DNA of 28,707 nt, taken from Lentisphaerota bacterium (GTDB lineage: Bacteria; Verrucomicrobiota; Lentisphaeria; Oligosphaerales; PUNB01). The stretch's first letter is position 1. Each line of letters opens with the position of its first letter. The translations under genes and the position numbers were made by a program. A model generated the notes under the pieces. That model saw nothing but the letters and a program-made list of their open reading frames with translations, ran no database searches and was not told where the DNA came from. Location of the stretch: assembly GCA_003552565.1 (NCBI GenBank), contig PUNB01000262.1:1-28707 (forward strand). The letters are read 5' to 3'. This document shows positions 22,938 through 28,707 of this stretch, one piece after another.

Positions 22938-25493
22938 TCAACGTCGAAAATCGGGAACTCCCGGAAGCGGCTGATCACGCACGGGCTGACCGGACGGATC
23001 CACCAAGTGTGCAGTTACAAAAATTAGCAGGTTCCGTTTTTCCGACTGCTTGCCCCTGCTCCTGAAAAGCCGTCCCAGAAGCGGTATGTCACCAAGTATC
23101 GGAACCTTGTCCTCAAACTCGAACAATTCTTCACCGATCATGCCGCCAAGGACCACTGTTTCACTATCGTAAACCAGCACTTGCGCATCAACTCTGCGAC
23201 GTTCAATTATCGGCATGGACGCTCGATATGATACACCGGTTCCTGGGTCCACAGTATCCAATTCTGTATCGTAACCAAGGAATTCAACTACCTGCGGGGT
23301 TAATTGCAAGTTGATAGTATAATTGTCCGGTTCAACTTCCGGTGTCACCTCCAGAATAACCCCCATCTCCTCTGCGTCTCCGAAAACCGGGGTTGAAGGT
23401 ATTACACTCTGTATCTGACCATCATCGTCAAACGTAAGTTCAGGTTCATTCCAATCTATCGGGAAATAACGTTCAGTAACAATTCTCATCGCTGCCGGCT
23501 CACCAGAAATAGTTGTAACTTTGGGGGCGGAAAGTATATCCGCTTTGTCGGATCGCTCCAAAGCGTTCAGTACCACGTCCAGTTCAAGATTTCCCAAGAC
23601 GGCAGCCGCCGAGAGGAAGTCTCCAGTGGCGCCTGTCGGCAAGGCATCTGAAACCGTACGAACTCCCGTGGTTAAATCGGACGCGTCAATATCCAGCCGC
23701 CTTGACCCGGAGCTGCTTTCGTAAGCTGTATGCCCCTGAGCGATAGCCCACTGCATTCCCATCTCCTGCAAAGCGTTCTGTGATACTTCAACAAACTTGG
23801 CTTCAATCATCACCTGCGTCGGAGTCGCCGCCAGTTCAGGAATCAGCTCTTCAATCCGCTGAATATTTTCAGCAGTATTATAAACCACAAGCCTTCCCGT
23901 GCGAGTATCGTAACGTATGCTTGAGCCTTCAGGAAATGACACTCCAAGGTCCCGGAAATAAGCCTTCACGTCATCCGGTGACACTTCCTCTCGTTCGGCA
24001 ATATCGGTATCCATCCCCCAAGGATCGTCATCATCTCTATCGTCAGTCCGCTCCCGCCTGAAAATACCCGGAGTGATAGAGAAAAATCGGGTGTACATCT
24101 CGCCAGCCGGCAATTCACGATCAGAGATGATCACCGCCCTCGGATCGATTACATAATGCAATCCGGCGGACATGGCAACAAACCGGATCACGTCCCCGAG
24201 CGGGACATTTTCCATATTCAATGTCAAAGCACCTATGTCCTGCACTTCCTCCGGCTCGTCAAAGTCGTCGAAATCATCAAAGTCATCCCTGTCGGGACGT
24301 CGTTCCAGTCGTGGAGCTGCATCAGGGTCATCGGCCAAATTCAACACGAAATTAACTCCTTCATCGTCAGGATCGAGTTCCCGACTCTGCCTTTGCAGAT
24401 AACCAACCACCTGATGAATGGTCGCTTCTTCAAATTCTACCCGCGGAATAATTATTTCACGCAGTTTCTGCCGAATGGCGGCATCCGGCGGGGCCTCTCT
24501 CTCCACCGGCCGGCCAGGCTCTACCATTTCCTCTTCCCTCTCCAGCGGCTTCACCGGCTGCGACCAAGTCCAAGTGGTCTCCGCCAGCATCTCTTCGCGA
24601 GTGGCTATCCGCCTTTCCTCGCCTTTATCATCGACCTTTTCCGCGATGCGACGCAGATAGCGCACCGCCACTAATGAATAGGGGTCTCGATCCAGAACCT
24701 CCTCAAATTGCTCCTTCGCCTCCATATAACGGCCGTTTTCATAAAGAATCTTCGCCTGTTCTTTCAGCACATCAATGTCGAACTCACGTTCCTCTTTCTC
24801 GGGGTCAACATCCTCCGGCCTTGTACGTGTCTGAAATTCAATATCCCGTCGCTGTTCTTCAAGCCTTTCCGCCATTCTATTGAACTCATCGGCTCTTCCC
24901 GGCAAGGTTTCGGCGGCCTCGCTCAGAACGTCCTGAGCATCATCCCACCTAGCCACATCCGCAGCCTCGCGAGCCTCTCTTTTTATGGTTTGCACCCACT
25001 GATTGTAAGCATCCCCGACGGAACGCTCGGTTGCATCAATGCGATTTCTCACATCCTCATCGACGCGGCTGACATTCTGTAATATCTCCTTGGCTTCTTG
25101 ATACTTATCAATCGCTTCCTGAAACTCGTTATCACGCAGATTCCGGTTAGCCCGTCTTTGCAAATCCTTGGCTCTTTCGAGCTGCTCCTGACGACGCACC
25201 TCCTCTTCACGGGAGAGGCGTTCATGCTCAGGCGCGTCTTCATCGACTTCCACGTCGTCAGGCTCATCGACCTCCACTTCAGGATCTTCAGCGACCTCAT
25301 GCTCTTCCGGTTCTTCAGCTTCCGGAGCCGCTTCAACCTCGGCGGGTTCAGGAGCAGCGTCCCGATCAAAGTCCCAGATGTCATTGTTATCATCACCTGA
25401 TACCACACCTGGACTGAATACCAGTGCCAGCAAAAAACAAAACCCAGCCGCAACCGCTAATTCACTACGTTCAATTAAAGCATTTTTCCGCAT
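22938..25493 (-). CDS. PilQ/GspD-family secretin with long acidic coiled-coil N-terminal region
   Basis: C-terminal secretin domain 'VLVYDSETVVLGGMIGE...VPILGDIPLLGRLFRS...RNLLIFVTAHLV'. Signal peptide 'MRKNALIERSELAVAAGFCFLLALVFSPGVVSG'. GGAGG RBS lies 7 nt before the ATG at 25493 (the ORF-track start 25526 is less likely). Confidence 0.85.
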   Translation of the reverse strand: MRKNALIERSELAVAAGFCFLLALVFSPGVVSGDDNNDIWDFDRDAAPEPAEVEAAPEAEEPEEHEVAEDPEVEVDEPDDVEVDEDAPEHERLSREEEVRRQEQLERAKDLQRRANRNLRDNEFQEAIDKYQEAKEILQNVSRVDEDVRNRIDATERSVGDAYNQWVQTIKREAREAADVARWDDAQDVLSEAAETLPGRADEFNRMAERLEEQRRDIEFQTRTRPEDVDPEKEEREFDIDVLKEQAKILYENGRYMEAKEQFEEVLDRDPYSLVAVRYLRRIAEKVDDKGEERRIATREEMLAETTWTWSQPVKPLEREEEMVEPGRPVEREAPPDAAIRQKLREIIIPRVEFEEATIHQVVGYLQRQSRELDPDDEGVNFVLNLADDPDAAPRLERRPDRDDFDDFDDFDEPEEVQDIGALTLNMENVPLGDVIRFVAMSAGLHYVIDPRAVIISDRELPAGEMYTRFFSITPGIFRRERTDDRDDDDPWGMDTDIAEREEVSPDDVKAYFRDLGVSFPEGSSIRYDTRTGRLVVYNTAENIQRIEELIPELAATPTQVMIEAKFVEVSQNALQEMGMQWAIAQGHTAYESSSGSRRLDIDASDLTTGVRTVSDALPTGATGDFLSAAAVLGNLELDVVLNALERSDKADILSAPKVTTISGEPAAMRIVTERYFPIDWNEPELTFDDDGQIQSVIPSTPVFGDAEEMGVILEVTPEVEPDNYTINLQLTPQVVEFLGYDTELDTVDPGTGVSYRASMPIIERRRVDAQVLVYDSETVVLGGMIGEELFEFEDKVPILGDIPLLGRLFRSRGKQSEKRNLLIFVTAHLVDPSGQPVRDQPLPGVPDFRR

Positions 25494-25636
25494 TCTTTCG
25501 CCTCCGCAAATTAGTTTTATCTTCATTCGTTTCTGTTCAATATTATAGGCACATTTTTCGCAAAGCCGTCAATATAACGGCATTTCCTGGCTTGTCCAGT
25601 TCAAGCCAACATTTCTTTTTACTCCATTGTCAGCTA

Positions 25637-26656
25637 TCACCAGTCAGCATCCAGCATTTCTTCTTCTTCAAATTCTTCCGGCAGCTCCAGCTGGTGTTCC
25701 GGCAGGGGCTGTTCTTCGCGCGGTCTTCTGCGACCAATTTCAATGATTCTTTCCGGATCCTCTTCCGGCCGCAGATGCACTGTTTCCGCGTCCCGCACCT
25801 CCACCTCGAAACTCCGCCGGGTTTCGTCAACATCCTCAAAATCAAGTGTATCGTTGGTGCTTACAGTGAAAGTTTTCTGAAACCTGTGATCCTGGGGGTC
25901 GGTCAACATCAGCCGCACACGCCAGGGTCCTACCTGAGCTTCTTCTCCGCGTACCAGCGTAACCGTTTCTCCATCCGGGCCGGTCAATTCCAATTCCGAC
26001 ACATCCACCGTTTCTTCCGCGCGAATACGCGGATTGTAGCGGGTTTCCTCTTTGTGTTCAAGACCGGTGATTTCAAAATCTTCACCATCCACATTAATGG
26101 TTTCGCCGACCCGCCTGAATCTGGTTCTTCGCCTGCCGTCAGCTCCACGCACGGAAAGCTGCAGATCCCACTCTTCCACGGGACGATCATCGAAAACAGT
26201 AACCCGTCGAAGTTCAGCCCCGAAGGTCTGCCTGCGGGCGCGGTGGATAAACATACGCCGCCTCAGAGGCGCCAAGTCATCATCCGGGTCTTCCCAAACT
26301 TCTTCCTGATCCGTATCGCAATATGGACATACTTCGGCATCCACCGGCAGCCAATGTTCACAATCTCGGTTAATGCACCACGCTTTAGCCGCCGGCCTGG
26401 AAGCGGTCGCATCTTCCGGCATATCCGGTTCCGCCCAGTCGACACTGGGTGCTTCCACGTAACGGTCCGCCTCGAAATCGGCGCTGTCCAATGCTGTAAG
26501 TTCTTCACCAACCGCTCTTTCCGGCAGTGACTCGCCCATGGCCACTTCCTCGTGCAGCTCTATCGACTGCGACAATAGCATAAACCCCCATACACACACG
26601 AAAATGATAAAAACCGACAGAATAATTTTTTCCCAGTGCTGTGTAATAAAATTCAT
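25637..26656 (-). CDS. hypothetical membrane-anchored protein with Cys4 zinc-ribbon and highly acidic C-terminal region (secretin-operon member)
   Basis: N-terminal TM 'IILSVFIIFVCVWGFMLL', then 'CINRDCEHWLPVDAEVCPYCDT', then Glu/Asp/Arg-rich sequence. The antisense 368-aa ORF was rejected (F/R/H-rich, mirror of the acidic codons). Confidence 0.5.
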   Translation of the reverse strand: MNFITQHWEKIILSVFIIFVCVWGFMLLSQSIELHEEVAMGESLPERAVGEELTALDSADFEADRYVEAPSVDWAEPDMPEDATASRPAAKAWCINRDCEHWLPVDAEVCPYCDTDQEEVWEDPDDDLAPLRRRMFIHRARRQTFGAELRRVTVFDDRPVEEWDLQLSVRGADGRRRTRFRRVGETINVDGEDFEITGLEHKEETRYNPRIRAEETVDVSELELTGPDGETVTLVRGEEAQVGPWRVRLMLTDPQDHRFQKTFTVSTNDTLDFEDVDETRRSFEVEVRDAETVHLRPEEDPERIIEIGRRRPREEQPLPEHQLELPEEFEEEEMLDADW

Positions 26657-26675
26657 TTCCTAATATCTCCCGGAT

Positions 26676-27554
26676 TTACTCCACATCAAACTCTATAAAA
26701 TGAATCGGCATCTCAAAGCTCACCGAATCATCGAAACGAACCAAACGTCGTTCCCTAACGGCCTCCTCTTCTGAATCAACTTCCCGATCTCCGCGCCGAT
26801 CATCTCGGGAACGGCTTCGGTCGCTTCGCCGATCACTGTCCCGCTGGATTTCCAGTTCCTCTCCGCGCCATTGAAAATAAGGAACATTGAAATAAAAATC
26901 CTGTTCAGCGTGAAGCTGATTGATCAAACTACGTATATTCCCCAACGAGCCCCGCAGTTCCAGATTAATTCGCATAACTCGATAACCGTCTTTATGAATT
27001 TCCCTTATCCCCGCTGGTCGATGCAAGGATCTCACCTCTTCCACACCGCTTCCCGCAACAAGCTCAGCCACCCTTTCCACCACCCGCAGCTGGCGCATCA
27101 AAGCAGGCGCCTCACGTGACGCCTCCGGCAAACCTGGTGCCTGGATAATCTCTTGAAAAGAAAACCCGCGGGCATCGTCATGAACTTCCACACCCGCCTG
27201 TTCAAATTCGGATCTAAGACTTCTAGCCACCGAGTCCAGCTGATTCTTAGCTTCGACCGCACTAACGGATTCGACTTCCAAAACAGAACGCTCCGCCAGA
27301 GCCTGTTTTAATTTTGACAGTTCATTTTCGAGCTGTTCAAGGTTTTCTCTGGCCTGTCGCAAATTCTCGTCAGTAACCCCAGGGCGTCGCTCGGCGACCC
27401 GGGAAAAATAGCTCTGATGGTCGGAATACTCCTCAGCCAGCTCTTCAACCTCGCTGCCAATCCGGCCGGAGACTGTCCACAAAGCCACAGCCAGTATCAC
27501 ACAAACCAGCAAAAATACAACGAAGCCTATATTTCTCTTTAATATATTCAGCAT
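26676..27554 (-). CDS. PilO-like type IV pilus assembly membrane protein (TM + coiled coil + PilO-like fold), Arg/Asp-rich insert
   Basis: TM 'IGFVVFLLVCVILAVALW', then coiled coil 'ENLRQARENLEQLENELSKLKQALAER'. 'MRINLELRGSLGNIRSLINQLHAEQDFYFNV' resembles the PilO C-domain. Low-complexity 'RDSDRRSDRSRSRDDRRGDRE'. Confidence 0.5.
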   Translation of the reverse strand: MLNILKRNIGFVVFLLVCVILAVALWTVSGRIGSEVEELAEEYSDHQSYFSRVAERRPGVTDENLRQARENLEQLENELSKLKQALAERSVLEVESVSAVEAKNQLDSVARSLRSEFEQAGVEVHDDARGFSFQEIIQAPGLPEASREAPALMRQLRVVERVAELVAGSGVEEVRSLHRPAGIREIHKDGYRVMRINLELRGSLGNIRSLINQLHAEQDFYFNVPYFQWRGEELEIQRDSDRRSDRSRSRDDRRGDREVDSEEEAVRERRLVRFDDSVSFEMPIHFIEFDVE

Positions 27555-27779
27555 AGTCCTAGCTCACTCTAAGTTTTTTATGGCTTTTTCTTAAAACAAA
27601 TGTTTATTAATAAAAGATTCTTTTCTGAAATTTCATCGGTAACAGCTTGGTTTCAGGTTTCTGGTGTCAGGGTATTAGTTAAATCCCAAATCTAAAATCA
27701 CAAATCTCATTGATGGAATATGGTTCGGGACAAAGTTGAACCCAGAGACACGCGAAACACCTTTTCGGATACCCTCAGG

Positions 27780-28707
27780 CTAGTATTCCAAGTCAATCGG
27801 CTCTTCGAGTCTTGCCCGGATAGTGAACGTTCTCAGATTAAACACCTGATCCGACACTTCGTATTCATCAAAATCGACCCGATCCTCAACGAAAACAGGC
27901 AATCTTCTCAACCTTGACAAAAGTACCTGTTCCGGACCGCGGCCGTTATCCGGAACCTCTTCAGGCGCCTCAATATCCTCGAGCTCATCGGCCGCCTCTT
28001 CGAGTTCTTCCCGCGCTAACTCTTCAAGCTCTTCATCCCCAACGTCTTGTCCGTCAATTCTAACTCCCGGCGGAAGTGAAAGACTGTGGCCGCGAACTGC
28101 TATGCCGGTGATTCTGCCTCTCGGGCCGCTTTCTTCCAGTTCAATCTCATCAGGATCTCTTTCTTCATCCTCGCGCCGCGGTTCATCGTCACGATCACGC
28201 CTCCTGCTGAAAGGACTGGCGGGAGCGTCGCGCTCGGGCCGGCGTTCCTCTTCTTCCTCTCTCAAATCCTCAAAAACCGGCCTGAATTCAGTGAACCACA
28301 ACCTTCCGGGTATTTCCGCTTCCACGGAATTAACCACCCGCACCCAATCTTCGCGTCTTCTCAGCAGGCGGTTCAATCGCTGGTACTGATCCTCGACATT
28401 GCTGATCTCGCTCTCCACCCCGCTCAATTCGCTCTCTTTCTCTTCCAGCTCTTGGCGCTGTTCCCGGAATTGTTCCACCACCGGCTCATAAACCTGAGCC
28501 ATGTACATATTGCTGAACAAAGAGAAGGTCAACAGCAAAAGTACGCACAAAGCCGCCGCTCCCAGCCATGTCTTCTTCTGCTCAAAAGCCACTAGTCGAC
28601 GTATGCGCCGCGGCAGGAGATTAACCTCAACCGGACAGGCCCCTCGATAACGCAGCGCCAAACCAACCGCCTGACTGAACCCATGGGCCTCGTTTTCCAA
28701 TCTTTCA
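27780..28707 (-). CDS. PilN-like pilus assembly protein, possibly fused to an upstream PilM-like domain. The 5' end is outside the window.
   Basis: The ORF is open to the window end. 'VNLLPRRIRRLVAFEQKKTWLGAAALCVLLLLTF' is a PilN N-terminus (INLLP motif + TM), then a coiled coil. The preceding 'GFSQAVGLALRY' resembles a PilM C-terminus. Long acidic/Arg tail. Confidence 0.55.
   Translation of the reverse strand, partial: ERLENEAHGFSQAVGLALRYRGACPVEVNLLPRRIRRLVAFEQKKTWLGAAALCVLLLLTFSLFSNMYMAQVYEPVVEQFREQRQELEEKESELSGVESEISNVEDQYQRLNRLLRRREDWVRVVNSVEAEIPGRLWFTEFRPVFEDLREEEEERRPERDAPASPFSRRRDRDDEPRREDEERDPDEIELEESGPRGRITGIAVRGHSLSLPPGVRIDGQDVGDEELEELAREELEEAADELEDIEAPEEVPDNGRGPEQVLLSRLRRLPVFVEDRVDFDEYEVSDQVFNLRTFTIRARLEEPIDLEY

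Noticed and set aside
24156-25082. Several 70-170-aa plus-strand ORFs inside the secretin gene
   Set aside because: Antisense shadow ORFs of the long acidic secretin coding region, with Ser/Phe/Leu-rich low-complexity translations.
25424-26530. 368-aa plus-strand ORF opposite the 339-aa operon gene
   Set aside because: Its F/R/H/L-rich composition is the mirror image of the Glu/Asp-rich minus-strand gene. That gene has a TM helix, a Cys4 motif and a composition coherent with its operon neighbours.

Overview
This 28.7-kb window looks like bacterial chromosome, about 52% GC, densely coded with mostly housekeeping genes on both strands. I found no transposase, integrase, phage, CRISPR or toxin-antitoxin genes.

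Recognisable genes, in order:
- pterin-4a-carbinolamine dehydratase (5' partial)
- MFS transporter (oxalate/formate-antiporter-like)
- CgeB-like glycosyltransferase
- DUF1634 + TauE/SafE pair
- tRNA-Val(CAC)
- the translationally coupled ribH-nusB-ftsY block
- PLD-superfamily membrane protein followed by MreC
- TIM-barrel metal hydrolase
- Trm112-like protein
- a family-1 encapsulin operon (EncFtn cargo + HK97-fold shell)
- dtd and ispE
- a glycine-zipper lipoprotein
- archaeal-type IMP cyclohydrolase PurO
- hisD
- class-I fumarate/tartrate hydro-lyase alpha subunit
- glmM, coupled to an LbH acetyltransferase-like protein
- a four-gene minus-strand operon ending in a PilQ/GspD-type secretin, preceded by PilN/PilO-like membrane proteins

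The most unusual signal is non-coding. Nearly every intergenic region carries a mosaic of at least four short repeat families:
- motif A: a ~24-bp 'CCTTTYCG...CTCTAGCT' motif
- a 12-bp 'CCTTGTCTCGMA' unit in tandem or inverted arrays
- motif C: 'GGTTTCAGGTTTCAGGTGTCAGG' heptamer runs
- a 'GGCTTATGTGAG' box

These assemble into larger structured elements. One ~230-bp element occurs as two inverted copies bracketing the MFS + zinc-ribbon gene pair. The secretin operon is also notable for extreme acidic/Arg-rich low-complexity inserts in all four proteins. The PurO, encapsulin and pilus-secretin cluster style is compatible with a PVC-superphylum-like or other deep-branching bacterium, but that is only an inference.
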